From Escherichia phage vB_EcoS_swan01, in sequence record NC_048202.1: a stretch of DNA of 50,865 nt. One strand, 5' to 3'. Below the pieces are notes generated by a model. That model was not told the DNA's origin and made no database searches. It saw only the letters and a list, made by a program, of their open reading frames with translations. Every line of letters starts with the position of its first letter. The stretch's first letter is position 1. Below, in pieces: positions 11,101 to 20,385 of the stretch. Both the position numbers and the translations under genes were made by a program.

Positions 11101-11715
11101 TTTATCAGTCACCTTTGAAGATGTGCTGTCTGGAGTCAGTCGCTTTACTCGGATTAAAACGCGCTCATCAAACTTAGGAAGATCAATCCTTCTGCTGCGG
11201 TCGTATCCTGATCTTGTCTTGCCGTCAATTACATCTCTCATAACCTCGCTATAAGAACCGCCATCAACAGCCATATCTACGGCATACTCAACCCTTACGC
11301 CAACAAGATCGCCGTTATCCTCTGTTTTAATGCCTACTGGCATCAGGATCTTTATTCTTACCGCAGATAGATTTTTATTTGTAACAGAAATAACATAAGG
11401 ATTGTCTCCGGTAATATCTCTGGCAACTGTAACCTCACTTGATGTGTCAGTAAAACCCTGGATGTAATCTTGCGTCTGCGTGCCTGGTCGATATTCAGCC
11501 GTAACTCCCTCGTAGTTAACAGTGCCATCGCTGGCAATAACCGGAACATCATCAAGATAAAGATCACGCAACGTAAAATCTGGATCGCACTCGCCATCAG
11601 ATACAGCCAGCAAAACTTTAATCTTGTTTATCGAGATCAGGTTATCTTCCATCTCTTTTGGCACGTAGGGCTTTTGACCGCCTCCCTTACTGCCGCTTAT
11701 CATATATTTAGCCAT
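8137..11715 (-). CDS. tail tip / host specificity protein (lambda J-like)
   Basis: about 1190 aa; N-terminus GSKGGGQKPYVPKEMEDNL resembles the lambda J N-terminus; last gene of the tail module. Confidence 0.75.
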   Translation of the reverse strand: MAKYMISGSKGGGQKPYVPKEMEDNLISINKIKVLLAVSDGECDPDFTLRDLYLDDVPVIASDGTVNYEGVTAEYRPGTQTQDYIQGFTDTSSEVTVARDITGDNPYVISVTNKNLSAVRIKILMPVGIKTEDNGDLVGVRVEYAVDMAVDGGSYSEVMRDVIDGKTRSGYDRSRRIDLPKFDERVLIRVKRLTPDSTSSKVTDKIKLQSYAEVVDAKFRYPLTGLVFVEFDSELFPTQIPNISIKKKWKIINVPSNYDPISREYHGSWDGTFKKAWSNNPAWVLYDLVTNQRYGLDQRELGIQIDKWSLYEAGVYCDQKVPDGKGGTEPRYLCDVVIQNQVEAYQLIRDICSIFRGMSFWNGESLSIVIDKPRDPSYVFTNENVINGDFQYTNASEKSMYTQCNVTFDDEQNMYQQDVEGVFDTEAALRFGYNPTSITAIGCTRRSEANRRGRWVLKTNLRSTTVNFATGLEGMIPSIGDVIAIADNFQSSNLTLNLSGRVMEVSGLQVFVPFKVDARPGDFIIINKPDGKPVKRTISKVSADGKTIELNIGFGFDVKPDTVFAIDRTDLALQQYVVTTISKGDDENEFTYSITAVEYDPNKYDEIDYGVNIDDRPTSIVQPDVMAAPENVKISSYSRVVQGVSVETMVVSWDKVPYASLYEMQWRKGDGNWLNTPQTANKEIEVEGIYSGNYQVRVRSVSASGNTSPWSKIVTATLTGKVGEPGAPINLTASDNEVFGIRVKWGMPEGSGDTAYIELHQSPDGTVENSSLLTLIPYPQYEYWHSTLPAGQVVWYRIRSVDRIGNVSSWTDFVRGMASDDVESVLGDILDKIFDTEAGQEIKENAIDSANKIKDQAQSIIQNALANDADVKWTRVQNGKRKAEYGHALELIANETEARVTQIEELRASIDGEITSSIKTVQEAIATESETRATQIQQLDSKFTKEIDGVRKDTSASISDVRQTITNESEARAQAVQQLDAKFTKEINDLDGVIKTEVEANISEVKQAIANETEARVQADQALTARFGDVESALVEKLDSWASVDSVGAKYAMKLGLTYKGQQYSAGMVMQLSQGSSGLISQILFDANRFAIMTSSTGGTFTLPFVVENNQVFINSLLVKNGSITNAMIGNVIQSNNFVQNQQGWRLDKNGIFENYGSTPGEGATKFTNEGLKVKDANGVLRVEVGRITGSW

Positions 11716-11762
11716 GACTTTTAACCTTTTGTGCTGTTTCTTGGTTTGCACATTATAAAGGC

Positions 11763-11797
11763 ACAAAAAAACCCGCGCAAGGCGGGTATTTTTTTAT
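11763..11797. terminator. hairpin with flanking A/T runs
   Basis: cccgc-gcaag-gcggg stem-loop between the I-like and J-like genes. Confidence 0.5.
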
Positions 11798-12390
11798 GCT
11801 TTGTCTTCTGCGTAGCTGCCAGCCGACCAGATTGCTCCGCCTACTGTCCTATATCCATATGGCAAAGGAACCGGATAACCTGCCGCCGTGGTATTTACAG
11901 CACCGCCGAAAGCGTAAGAAGGCTTGTTTTCTGCTGATTGGCTTTGCAGTTTCATTCCTCCCTGCTGCGGTGAGATCATTTGCATTACACCGCCCAACGC
12001 GATAGCCCCACCCATCATAAATGCGGAAGATGCAAAAGCGCCCATAGCCGCCAGGCTTGCACCACCAGTAAAGAACGCAGTAGCCATAATTACAGCACCA
12101 AAAACAACATTGAACAGGCCGCCGGACTTAGAACCAGTTGGAACGGGAACTATTCGAACCTCTCGCGCGCACTTCCATGATTTTTCATCATGCTGACTAA
12201 CGTTTTTTCCATCAACAAATACAGCATACTTCATTCGCGATCCTACTTCGCTTTGCATGTAGTCTTTGAACCCATCAACCTGGGAAGATAACGCTCGTAT
12301 TGCTTCGGGGTATGAGTCAACCGCCATTTTGTGAAAGACGCCAAATCTACGCCCCAGGGAACCAGATAGTTTAATTACTTTCAATGTCAT
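11794..12390 (-). CDS. tail assembly protein (lambda I-like)
   Basis: about 198 aa with Gly/Ala-rich hydrophobic C-terminal half; position between K-like and J-like genes. Confidence 0.6.
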   Translation of the reverse strand: MTLKVIKLSGSLGRRFGVFHKMAVDSYPEAIRALSSQVDGFKDYMQSEVGSRMKYAVFVDGKNVSQHDEKSWKCAREVRIVPVPTGSKSGGLFNVVFGAVIMATAFFTGGASLAAMGAFASSAFMMGGAIALGGVMQMISPQQGGMKLQSQSAENKPSYAFGGAVNTTAAGYPVPLPYGYRTVGGAIWSAGSYAEDKA

Positions 12391-13102
12391 ATTTCAGATC
12401 CTTATGTCGGCAAATTTTTACAGTGTGCTCCTGATACCATCCAGAATACAAGTCAATGCGAGATAGCTTTCCAAACGCATGATGTAATAGCTGATTGTTA
12501 CCCAAATAAATCCCCGCATGATTCCAGACTGGCGATGATAGCTGCATAATCACCATATCACCAGGTTTTGGAGGCTCGTTAGTTTCAATAAATCCCTCTT
12601 TCAAATAATTATCCTGGTAAAGATTTTCACCATATTCTGACTTCCACCACTCGTAAGGTTTTCGGAAGTCATTCAATACTACTCCGTGCTGTTTATGCCA
12701 TGCCATGATAAGACCCCAGCAATCGAACGACCCCAGCGACCACGGGCGACCGATAAGCGGCCTCTCCTGCGGCTCGACAATTCTCATATCACCTTCGGGC
12801 CATGAAACTATAATCCACGATACACCCATTTCATCGCACATACATGAGTCGTGCGCGCTCGGTATCGTGCTAGCACCATCCCCGCAATGGGAATGCACCA
12901 CCGCGATTAATTCGCCTTTGTCGAGCGATTCAGCGTATTCTACGGCGTCCATTTCAAAATGATTTTCTGGATCGTCATGCACGTTGGTTATGCGGTGATA
13001 TTTCTGTACCCGTGACTTTTGAGTTATGACGCCGCAAGCCTCTTTAGGGTATTCCTCTTTAACGTGCTGCATTATTTCAAGTTTAATTTTTGCACTAATC
13101 AT
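12371..13102 (-). CDS. tail assembly protein (lambda K-like, JAMM/MPN plus NlpC/P60-like)
   Basis: HSHxxxxxSxxD JAMM-like motif (VVHSHCGDGASTIPSAHD) and a Cys/His C-terminal domain; ATGA overlap with the L-like gene. Confidence 0.7.
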   Translation of the reverse strand: MISAKIKLEIMQHVKEEYPKEACGVITQKSRVQKYHRITNVHDDPENHFEMDAVEYAESLDKGELIAVVHSHCGDGASTIPSAHDSCMCDEMGVSWIIVSWPEGDMRIVEPQERPLIGRPWSLGSFDCWGLIMAWHKQHGVVLNDFRKPYEWWKSEYGENLYQDNYLKEGFIETNEPPKPGDMVIMQLSSPVWNHAGIYLGNNQLLHHAFGKLSRIDLYSGWYQEHTVKICRHKDLKYDIESN

Positions 13103-13863
13103 TATTGATTCCTCCGTAGCAGTGAAGCAACCGCGCAACCGCCGAAATCCAATTCGTTTTGCTGACCGAACCTCAATTTGCAAGCCGTTACAGTTCCGGC
13201 GCAATAGTCTTGTGATGGATCTGTTACTGGCTTATTGTCTTTATCGAACATTGCCGATCCGTTATAAGAGCAACCCTTTCCGCTCCTGTACCACCCCCTT
13301 TGCGCCCAATAGCAAACGCTTTGAGTGATGCGCGGCGGGATCATTAATCCATCCATATCGTAAGGCGATGTTAGATCAAATTTCGCTATCTCTCTATTGT
13401 ACTGGCTTGGGCGCTCAATGTAATAAACCAATTTTCTGTAAGCGCCATCTTTGATTGCTCCGCCTTCTCCGATAAATTCCTTTGCCGTTATCCAGAAAGT
13501 CACCTTTGCTTGCATCATGCCATTGTAATTTCTGATCATGGCGCTCACCCTGCTGTCAAGGTTTGACACTATAAGCTGAGGCTTATCTGCCCTGCCGTTA
13601 CTTGTGAAGTTAATCCCGCTCACACCGAAAGGCCGCGCTCCGTAAACATCACCCTGAAAAATAATATCTTTCGGCGGCAAGATTCCGGTTTGCTGCGCTT
13701 GCATTAATTCTTCGGCAGTATAAGAGATGTTCTCATTGTGAAATCGGTAAATATTTGCTCCGAACTTCGTCCCGTCAATCTCTACAAGCGTTATAATTTC
13801 GCCTGGGTACAAACTTTGTAGGCAGTTCTCAAATTCAACTCTACCTGATTCTTTATTAGCCAT
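13102..13863 (-). CDS. minor tail protein (lambda L-like)
   Basis: 253 aa with C-terminal cysteine cluster; conserved position. Confidence 0.65.
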   Translation of the reverse strand: MANKESGRVEFENCLQSLYPGEIITLVEIDGTKFGANIYRFHNENISYTAEELMQAQQTGILPPKDIIFQGDVYGARPFGVSGINFTSNGRADKPQLIVSNLDSRVSAMIRNYNGMMQAKVTFWITAKEFIGEGGAIKDGAYRKLVYYIERPSQYNREIAKFDLTSPYDMDGLMIPPRITQSVCYWAQRGWYRSGKGCSYNGSAMFDKDNKPVTDPSQDYCAGTVTACKLRFGQQNELDFGGCAVASLLRRNQ

Positions 13864-13896
13864 TTTCTACCTCCTTTTTGCTCATTGTAACATCAA

Positions 13897-13926
13897 GAAA
13901 AAAGCCGCACAAAGGCGGCTTTAAAT
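13897..13926 (-). terminator. hairpin plus T-run (possible attenuator between M-like and L-like genes)
   Basis: agccgc-acaaag-gcggct followed by T-run on the minus strand. Confidence 0.4.
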
Positions 13927-14282
13927 TACTGCATTGATGTAAATTGTTCCGTAAAAGTGGCTTTTACTTCCTGAACGGTTGGCGACAATGGAGTAAGGCC
14001 GACGCTACCGCTTTTCACCCTAAACAATCCAGGGCTTCCATCTGGCATGATCCACAAGAAAGGTTTTAGCCTGTGCTCATTCAGGAACTTGACAACATCT
14101 CTGTAATCAAGCCCAGCGTAAACAATGCTGAACTCTCGCCGGATTGTGTTAAAACCTCCAGATGCTACCTGTGTGTATCCGTTACCGAATGCAATCTCTC
14201 GATCGTTATTCGATGACGTCATGGCCCCGCCACCATTCTGAACCTGCGTACACCACTTAAACTGATCCAGCTTCATTATCAA
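13926..14282 (-). CDS. minor tail protein (lambda M-like)
   Basis: 118 aa, ATGA overlap with the tape measure stop. Confidence 0.55.
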   Translation of the reverse strand: MIMKLDQFKWCTQVQNGGGAMTSSNNDREIAFGNGYTQVASGGFNTIRREFSIVYAGLDYRDVVKFLNEHRLKPFLWIMPDGSPGLFRVKSGSVGLTPLSPTVQEVKATFTEQFTSMQ

Positions 14283-16960
14283 CCTCGCTTGCTCATAACA
14301 AATTCGTAAACCTCGCCGCCCTGCATACAGGAACGTTTAATCATATCAGTAAAGATCATCTTAACACCAGTTTCGATGCCCTTCGGATCGTTTCCGTTAG
14401 TGATGCTAACATCAATCCCGCCGATGTTAAATTGAGGTGCTCCACCAGTTACAGCGCCACCGCCAGTATAGCCGGAACTACCAACAACGCCGCCGTTAGC
14501 ATAGCCTCGCATCATGCGGTACAAGTTTCCTACCCCAATACGCTGCGTCGCCTCCTTCGTCATGACAAATTCACCTTTATGGACAATTCCGGCTGGCTCA
14601 TACTTCCCGCCGTCGCCAGTGTATCCACCGCCAGCAAATCCGCCAATATTCTTAAGCAAGCTCCCCATCGTCCAGGTTTGACCACCCATCAGGCCAGATA
14701 ACGCATTAAAGACGACCATTTTCGTGATCATCTGAATAATCATTTTGATGATAGCCGTCGAGAAGTCTTTAAAGTTTGCCTTGCCAGTAGCTATAAAATT
14801 CGCTAATTGGTTTGTAAGGCCGTTTAACGCCTCGCTTGCGATCTGCTGAACATTGCCATAGGCATTGTTTGCATCTTCCGCGAATAGCTCCCATGCGTTC
14901 TTTGCTCCGGCTAACCAGTTGCCTTGCGCCTCGTCTTGTGCCTGGTAATACAGCTTAAGTTTCGTCTCCATTTGCTGAAAAACTTCGTCGCTAACGCTTC
15001 CGCCTTGCGCCTCGTAGTCGGTGCGCAGCTTGCGTAACTCTAGCTCACGCTCGATCTGCTTTTCAGTGTAGCCAAGTTGCTTAAGGCCAATCGCATCAAT
15101 AGCAGCCTCAGTTTCACGGATAAACTTAAGACTATCTTGCTCCAGCTTGTTTTTGCGCTCCTGCAAAACAATCTGATCCCCTAGCTCAGCTTTTTGTCTT
15201 GCCATTTCAAGAACGGCCTTTTGCTCGTTTAGTAGCGCCTGTTCCGCTCCGGTCAATTTACGCTTGCTCTGCGCATTCTCCAGGATCTCGATCTGCTTTT
15301 CGATGCTCCATAAAGATTTACGCTGGCGAGAAATAACATCGTTAACAGTGCGATGCTCTTTAAGAGTTTCCAGTTGCGCCTTTAAAACGTACAACTCTTT
15401 ATCAAGCTGCTCAGTAGGGCCGCGAACTATTCCCCCTTTAGCCTCTTTCTTTTTCTGCTCCTGCTTCTTGATTTCCTCAAGCTCTTTGCGCCTAAACTCC
15501 ACGTTTTCAGCCGCGCGCTTTTTCAGTTCTTCATCAGCCGAACGCGCCACATTTTTCTGATCCTCAATGGCTTTGTTTAAAGCCTCCTGTGCTGCGCGCA
15601 CTCTGTTTAAGGCCAGGTTTTCTTTGTCGATTCGCTCCGCTCGTTCCGCCATGTCCTTATTCGCATCTTTTACGACCTTTCCAATGTCTTCATAAGTGTT
15701 AAGTGCAAACTTAAGCATAGGGTTAACATAGCCAAGCTCCTTACCTAACAGGCCGCCGGACGGGGAAGCGTAATCACGCTTCGCTTTCAAAACCTCATAC
15801 CACGAATCGCCCAACTCAAGGACTTTGTTTTTGTGGTTTGCAATTTCGTTATTCAAGCTGACAAAGCTAGACGCGCCCTTGTACTCGTTGACTTTCTTTT
15901 TTGCGTCATCATAAGTCATGCCAACGTCAACCAGTTTTTTAATCGCCTCGCTCGCGCCGTCTTTCGTGGTGATGTAAGCCTTTGCCAGATCTTCGGCGCT
16001 TTCGCCTGTCTTGTCGGAAAGCTCCTGGATTCCGGTAGCAATCTTTTCGGCAAAATCACCAGTCAAGCCTGTTGTTTCCTGAACGGTTTTTTTAATTGCC
16101 TCAAACTCTGTCTGTGCTTTGTAGGCATTATATGCAGCAATTGCCAGCGTGCCGGAAAGCAAGCCAAACGCCACGTTTACCGGATTCAGGAAAGATAGCA
16201 ACGCTTTTAAAGCATTGGATGCACCACCAAAAGAATCCTTGATCTGTCCACCCTGCTGGACTGCGACCAACCAAACTGGCATACCAGAAGCAAGTGAAGT
16301 CACCACGTCTGTGATCTGCATTGGCAATTGCGCCATTGCTTGTTTGTATTGGCCTGTAGAAATCCCAAGTTTCTGGATCTGCTTTTCCTGCTCTTTCAGC
16401 CTTGCGATGTAAGGTGCTGCCTCCTGGCTAACTCCAAGCTGTGCCGCTTTCATTTCCAGCAATTCAGACTTGCTTTTTCCTGCTGCTTCTTCCTGCTCAC
16501 GCAAAGCCTGGACGAATTTTTTAGCCTCTTCCGCTGCACGCGCCTTGTTCTTTGATTCCTCAAGCGCCGCGCGGCCTTCCTCTGTCATCGCTTTTTTGGT
16601 TGCGATCAGCTTGTTTTGCTGCGTCTCAAGAATTGCCCCAAGCTCAAAAAAAGTCTGATCAGGAACAACGCCCTTTTTCCATAGCGCATCAAGCTGTGTC
16701 GCTGCCTTTCGCAGCTTATCCATCTTTGATGCAGTGGGATCAATTGACTCCTGGATTTTCTTAAATTCTGCTTTCTGGCGCGCCAGTTCTTCGGCAAGCT
16801 GTTTTGCTTGCTGTCGGGCCACAACCTCAGAATCAACAAATTCATTAACGCTTTTTTTTGCGTCGTCGTTTGCCTTCTTGAATTGCTGCAATGATTTAAC
16901 AGCATTGTTGACCTGCGACACGTCAACGCCTAGCGTTAGGCCAGCGTATTTTTCAGCCAT
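14279..16960 (-). CDS. tail tape measure protein
   Basis: 893 aa, long coiled-coil-rich N-terminus, Gly-rich C-terminus; located after the G/G-T chaperones. Confidence 0.85.
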   Translation of the reverse strand: MAEKYAGLTLGVDVSQVNNAVKSLQQFKKANDDAKKSVNEFVDSEVVARQQAKQLAEELARQKAEFKKIQESIDPTASKMDKLRKAATQLDALWKKGVVPDQTFFELGAILETQQNKLIATKKAMTEEGRAALEESKNKARAAEEAKKFVQALREQEEAAGKSKSELLEMKAAQLGVSQEAAPYIARLKEQEKQIQKLGISTGQYKQAMAQLPMQITDVVTSLASGMPVWLVAVQQGGQIKDSFGGASNALKALLSFLNPVNVAFGLLSGTLAIAAYNAYKAQTEFEAIKKTVQETTGLTGDFAEKIATGIQELSDKTGESAEDLAKAYITTKDGASEAIKKLVDVGMTYDDAKKKVNEYKGASSFVSLNNEIANHKNKVLELGDSWYEVLKAKRDYASPSGGLLGKELGYVNPMLKFALNTYEDIGKVVKDANKDMAERAERIDKENLALNRVRAAQEALNKAIEDQKNVARSADEELKKRAAENVEFRRKELEEIKKQEQKKKEAKGGIVRGPTEQLDKELYVLKAQLETLKEHRTVNDVISRQRKSLWSIEKQIEILENAQSKRKLTGAEQALLNEQKAVLEMARQKAELGDQIVLQERKNKLEQDSLKFIRETEAAIDAIGLKQLGYTEKQIERELELRKLRTDYEAQGGSVSDEVFQQMETKLKLYYQAQDEAQGNWLAGAKNAWELFAEDANNAYGNVQQIASEALNGLTNQLANFIATGKANFKDFSTAIIKMIIQMITKMVVFNALSGLMGGQTWTMGSLLKNIGGFAGGGYTGDGGKYEPAGIVHKGEFVMTKEATQRIGVGNLYRMMRGYANGGVVGSSGYTGGGAVTGGAPQFNIGGIDVSITNGNDPKGIETGVKMIFTDMIKRSCMQGGEVYEFVMSKRG

Positions 16961-16984
16961 TTTAAAACCTCCAGATATTAAAAA

Positions 16985-17000
16985 AGCGCCTCGCGGCGCT
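16985..17000 (-). other. GC hairpin between G-T stop and tape measure RBS
   Basis: agcgcc-tcgc-ggcgct inverted repeat followed by T5 on the minus strand. Confidence 0.4.
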
Positions 17001-17634
17001 TATGTTTTGTTTGAATGAATCATTTCTAGCGCCTTTTGTTCCATGATGCGCAAATCATTTAGCGCCATCTCCCGATCCTCAATCTTGTAAATGTCAAAAA
17101 GCATAGGCAAAACGTTATAGTCGAACCCATACACACTGCCGCTAGTCGATCTCCATTGCGTCTGCATAGCGCAAAACAGATCCCAAGATTGAAACATTGA
17201 TTCATCAAAAATTACCTCCGGCGGCTCCTCCCCTTCGTAGTCTGAACGGGATAGGCCGACGGCCTCTAATTGTGCGTCAGTTGGCGGCTTGAGGTAAAAC
17301 AGGTAAACCGCCCGCTTTAGTTTTTTACCCGCTGCCCCGCAAGCGCTTTCATATAATGACCAGTCAGCGATAATGACGCAGACGGGTAATAATCCAGCAA
17401 TTTAGCAACGTTTTCCTCGTTAAATTCATCTTCCAGATCCCAACCGGAAGCAAGGAAGGTGATCATTTCTACGTCGCTCATCGGCTTTTCTGCCGTGTAT
17501 CGTTCGTGAATTTCGCTTGCCTTCTTGTGGCGCACGGTAAAAACAATAACTTGCTCATCACCATTTGGAAGCACGAAAGAAACAGGCAGCTTAAAATCAG
17601 GCAGTGGGCCTAACGTTAGTTTCATCTTTGCCAT
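17000..17634 (-). CDS. tail assembly chaperone G-T fusion, made by -1 programmed frameshift
   Basis: slippery heptamer A_AAA_AAC at the 3' end of the G ORF (+ strand 17320-17326 reads gtttttt); the -1 frame runs open to the stop at 17000 and joins the track ORF 17000..17197. Confidence 0.6.
17317..17634 (-). CDS. tail assembly chaperone (lambda G-like)
   Basis: 105 aa, between major tail protein and tape measure, acidic C-terminus. Confidence 0.65.
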   Translation of the reverse strand: MAKMKLTLGPLPDFKLPVSFVLPNGDEQVIVFTVRHKKASEIHERYTAEKPMSDVEMITFLASGWDLEDEFNEENVAKLLDYYPSASLSLTGHYMKALAGQRVKN

Positions 17635-17646
17635 CTTAAGATCTCC

Positions 17647-17692
17647 TTATAGCACTTTTTGTTAAAAGTGGAATTAATTTATTTGATAGATT
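17647..17692 (+). promoter_or_regulatory. motif copy inverted relative to the late genes (TATAGCACTTTTTGTTAAAA, 22 nt, TAGATT)
   Basis: conserved motif with a -10-like hexamer at canonical spacing, but pointing antisense to the tail genes; in gene sense the motif directly abuts the AAGGAG RBS of the G gene. Confidence 0.45.
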
Positions 17693-17705
17693 GATTTTAC
17701 AGGAA

Positions 17706-17735
17706 TGAAAAAAGGGGCGCAACGCCCCTTGTTTT
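17706..17735. terminator. bidirectional rho-independent terminator after the major tail gene
   Basis: ggggcg-caa-cgcccc stem flanked by A6 and T-rich runs. Confidence 0.7.
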
Positions 17736-18396
17736 ACTTAACGTCGGAAGGTAAGAACGTGAATCGGCCTTTCAGAGATACAGAAAGGGAAACAGTTTCC
17801 ATTTCGTTCATAGTTGTTTGCGGAATGTCATTAAAAGACAATACGCCAGCCCAGCAACGCATCTCTTTAGCTTTCGGCACGTACATACGCAAAGCGGTTA
17901 CGTCGCCGGATTCCTCAGCCTCGCGCAAGATCGGATAAATCGGATTATCATATTCATGCGCGAAAGTATAGGTAAGAGAAACGGCGCTCTTGTAGGTCGG
18001 CAACTGCTGTTCCTGGTCATCAGCCAAACACTGATAAGTGTAATACTGTTGCTCGCCGCCGTCCTGAGCAAGATCCTGTACGCAAGGAACCTCTACCCAA
18101 GATTTCACCTCTCGGAAAGTTGCTGTATTAGAACCAGCCGGAAATACGTTTTGATCGGTTGTGTCTACACCTTCAAGAGTTACGCTTGCGTTATCAGATA
18201 CTTCTTTTACCCGCAACACACGACTAACCAGTTTACCCCAGGAAGACGTTTCAATCAGAACATAAGCACCTTTTTTGATCTGCTGTGAATTACTAACAGT
18301 AAAAACCGGATCTTTAGCGTTTGAAATATCAGTAGCGCTAATTGGCTCACCCATATTAACGCCGATGAAAATTTGAGAACCATTAGGCAAGTGCAT
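17734..18396 (-). CDS. major tail protein
   Basis: 220 aa; position upstream of G/G-T; followed by a strong terminator. Confidence 0.65.
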   Translation of the reverse strand: MHLPNGSQIFIGVNMGEPISATDISNAKDPVFTVSNSQQIKKGAYVLIETSSWGKLVSRVLRVKEVSDNASVTLEGVDTTDQNVFPAGSNTATFREVKSWVEVPCVQDLAQDGGEQQYYTYQCLADDQEQQLPTYKSAVSLTYTFAHEYDNPIYPILREAEESGDVTALRMYVPKAKEMRCWAGVLSFNDIPQTTMNEMETVSLSVSLKGRFTFLPSDVK

Positions 18397-18398
18397 GA

Positions 18399-18800
18399 TT
18401 ATTCCTCCTTTGTGTCAAGCCTAACACTGAAACGGATCGGTAAGAACCAACCTGTTTCACTTTTTAGTAATGTGTGGACCTTTGCCCCATCGCTAATATA
18501 GCCAGTTTCAAACATTCTACCATCATAGAAAAATCTCGCAATCTCTTTAGCCAGCAAACGCGCTTTATCAGTGCCGCCGCCAGGAGGCATAACAATTCCA
18601 ACCTGAACCAATCCGATATAAGAAACGCATTTTCTATCAAGAGATATGCGATCTGTGTCGGCTTCCATGTAGTCAAATTTTAACCACATCGAACCATCAC
18701 CAGGCGGAACAAAATCAACGTTTTCATAGGCGATCTTGAATCGTGATTCATATTCCGCCGCCAGCGCCTTTCTTGCCGCTAACATTAAATCATAGTGCAT
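18399..18800 (-). CDS. tail terminator protein (lambda U-like)
   Basis: 133 aa, immediately upstream of the major tail gene. Confidence 0.45.
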   Translation of the reverse strand: MHYDLMLAARKALAAEYESRFKIAYENVDFVPPGDGSMWLKFDYMEADTDRISLDRKCVSYIGLVQVGIVMPPGGGTDKARLLAKEIARFFYDGRMFETGYISDGAKVHTLLKSETGWFLPIRFSVRLDTKEE

Positions 18801-19233
18801 TTTTTGCCCTCGAATCCTTTATTGCCTTAGTCATATAGGATCGCAGCTTTACCGCCACGATTCCCAGCACGCCGGACGGCGCTTGTTTTGAATGCCCGTA
18901 TTCAAGCGCATTGGCGTAAATAAGCATGTTTGAAAAATAGATTGACCGCACCGCGCCACCGCCCCGCATGATTGCATATATTGCTCGCTTGCCTTCTGCA
19001 ATGGTTTTACTACCATCGCGATCGTATTGATTGAGAGCATATAGCGGCGGCTTGTTTGCTGTTACCTGCCAGTTAGCTTTATATCGGCCCGTATCAACTG
19101 GCGAACGCTTTACAAGATCCTCGTGGACGTTTGTCGCGAACATTTCAACGCAATCAACAAGGCCGCTGCTTACTGAATCAATCCACCTGCTTATATCACC
19201 GTGAAATTCCCTGATCTTATAATTATCCGCCAT
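18790..19233 (-). CDS. tail completion / neck protein (HK97 gp10-like)
   Basis: about 147 aa; position in the head-tail joining module. Confidence 0.45.
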   Translation of the reverse strand: MADNYKIREFHGDISRWIDSVSSGLVDCVEMFATNVHEDLVKRSPVDTGRYKANWQVTANKPPLYALNQYDRDGSKTIAEGKRAIYAIMRGGGAVRSIYFSNMLIYANALEYGHSKQAPSGVLGIVAVKLRSYMTKAIKDSRAKNAL

Positions 19234-19606
19234 GCACTGCAATCCTCCTTAATATCGGACGATAAGCTGCCGTGATGTTAGTCTGTCTGACTGGTCTTGC
19301 TTCAACGACAACATAACGATCGCCATCAATTTCAATCTGATAACCATTTTTGATCTCAGTTTCATTGGTGAATACCCCCAACTTGTCGGTTACTCGGATC
19401 GTTTCACCGTCAACCTCTCTAGTCCTCGGAGATCTAACAAGCCCCTTTATCATCACTGAAATCTCAGGCTTGGTAACTTCCTCTCCGCCGATAATATCAA
19501 CCCCTCCCTGCTGCGTGATGCACTTAAACATACCGTTAGCGTCGCTGAAAAAGTTAATCCCAGCCGTAGCCATTCTTGCAATCTCATTGTAGTTCATCGG
19601 CAACAT
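19223..19606 (-). CDS. head-tail joining protein
   Basis: 127 aa, position only. Confidence 0.4.
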   Translation of the reverse strand: MLPMNYNEIARMATAGINFFSDANGMFKCITQQGGVDIIGGEEVTKPEISVMIKGLVRSPRTREVDGETIRVTDKLGVFTNETEIKNGYQIEIDGDRYVVVEARPVRQTNITAAYRPILRRIAVHGG

Positions 19607-20013
19607 CTCCGGCGCAATCCAGTTACAAGTCCAAAGCCGCCACCGTGCTTACGGTTTAACACTTCGTACATTTTGCCCCACGGCGTTTGTCGGATCTGCT
19701 TTCCGCTTGTATCGGAAGAAATTCGATCAAACGTCTGACTAAACTCACCAGTCAGAGTGAACGATGCAACGCGGCGGGAATAGCTTTCTACGCTTTCACC
19801 TTCCTGTTTCATTGCCCCGTCTAAGGTCATAAGGTGAAGAGTGTAAAGCGCAACCGCTTTCTGGTATGAGTTTTTAAACCGTTTTTTGCAAACAAATTCT
19901 TTAGCAAGCTCAATCCATGCCACAATTAAATCGGGATCAACCTGCTGCATTGGTGGGGCCAACTTTACGATTTGCTGAACGATTTCAGCGTCTGTGTAAA
20001 ATTCATCTACCAT
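19594..20013 (-). CDS. head-tail connector/adaptor protein
   Basis: about 139 aa starting at MVDEFYTD with GGAG RBS; position only. Confidence 0.4.
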   Translation of the reverse strand: MVDEFYTDAEIVQQIVKLAPPMQQVDPDLIVAWIELAKEFVCKKRFKNSYQKAVALYTLHLMTLDGAMKQEGESVESYSRRVASFTLTGEFSQTFDRISSDTSGKQIRQTPWGKMYEVLNRKHGGGFGLVTGLRRRCCR

Positions 20014-20059
20014 TTTGTTTTCTCCAGATATGACAAGGGGCGCATAAGCGCCCCAATTA

Positions 20060-20326
20060 TTAATATTCTCCGCCATCCTCTAGCTCTTTGCGGCTCTTGC
20101 CCTCTGTAGGATCTTTTTTGCGCTTCTTCTCCGCTTTCTCCTTGATTTGCTCGTTAATTTCGGAATTGTCTTTAACTTCCACATCGCAGCGAGCGATCAG
20201 GTATTCAATTGCGGAATCATTAATACGATCAGATTCAATTTCAATCTCATCACCAGGGTGATAACGCTTACCGTCCATAATAATCATGCAAACGCCAGTT
20301 ACTTTAAGTTTTAAAGTTTTGCTCAT
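20060..20326 (-). CDS. hypothetical protein
   Basis: 88 aa, Lys/Glu-rich C-terminus. Confidence 0.45.
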   Translation of the reverse strand: MSKTLKLKVTGVCMIIMDGKRYHPGDEIEIESDRINDSAIEYLIARCDVEVKDNSEINEQIKEKAEKKRKKDPTEGKSRKELEDGGEY

Positions 20327-20341
20327 TTTGTGTACTCCGTA

Positions 20342-20374
20342 AATAAAAAAAAAGGGGAACCCTTAAGGCTCCCC
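20342..20374 (-). terminator. strong rho-independent terminator after the capsid gene
   Basis: ggggagcc-ttaa-gggttcccc hairpin followed by T9+ on the minus strand. Confidence 0.75.
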
Positions 20375-20385
20375 ATGTTATCTAA

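Noticed and set aside
20037-20054. GC hairpin ggggcgc-ataa-gcgcccc as a terminator
   Set aside because: It is not followed by a T-run in the direction of transcription and lies immediately upstream of an RBS; more likely an RNA-stabilising or processing stem
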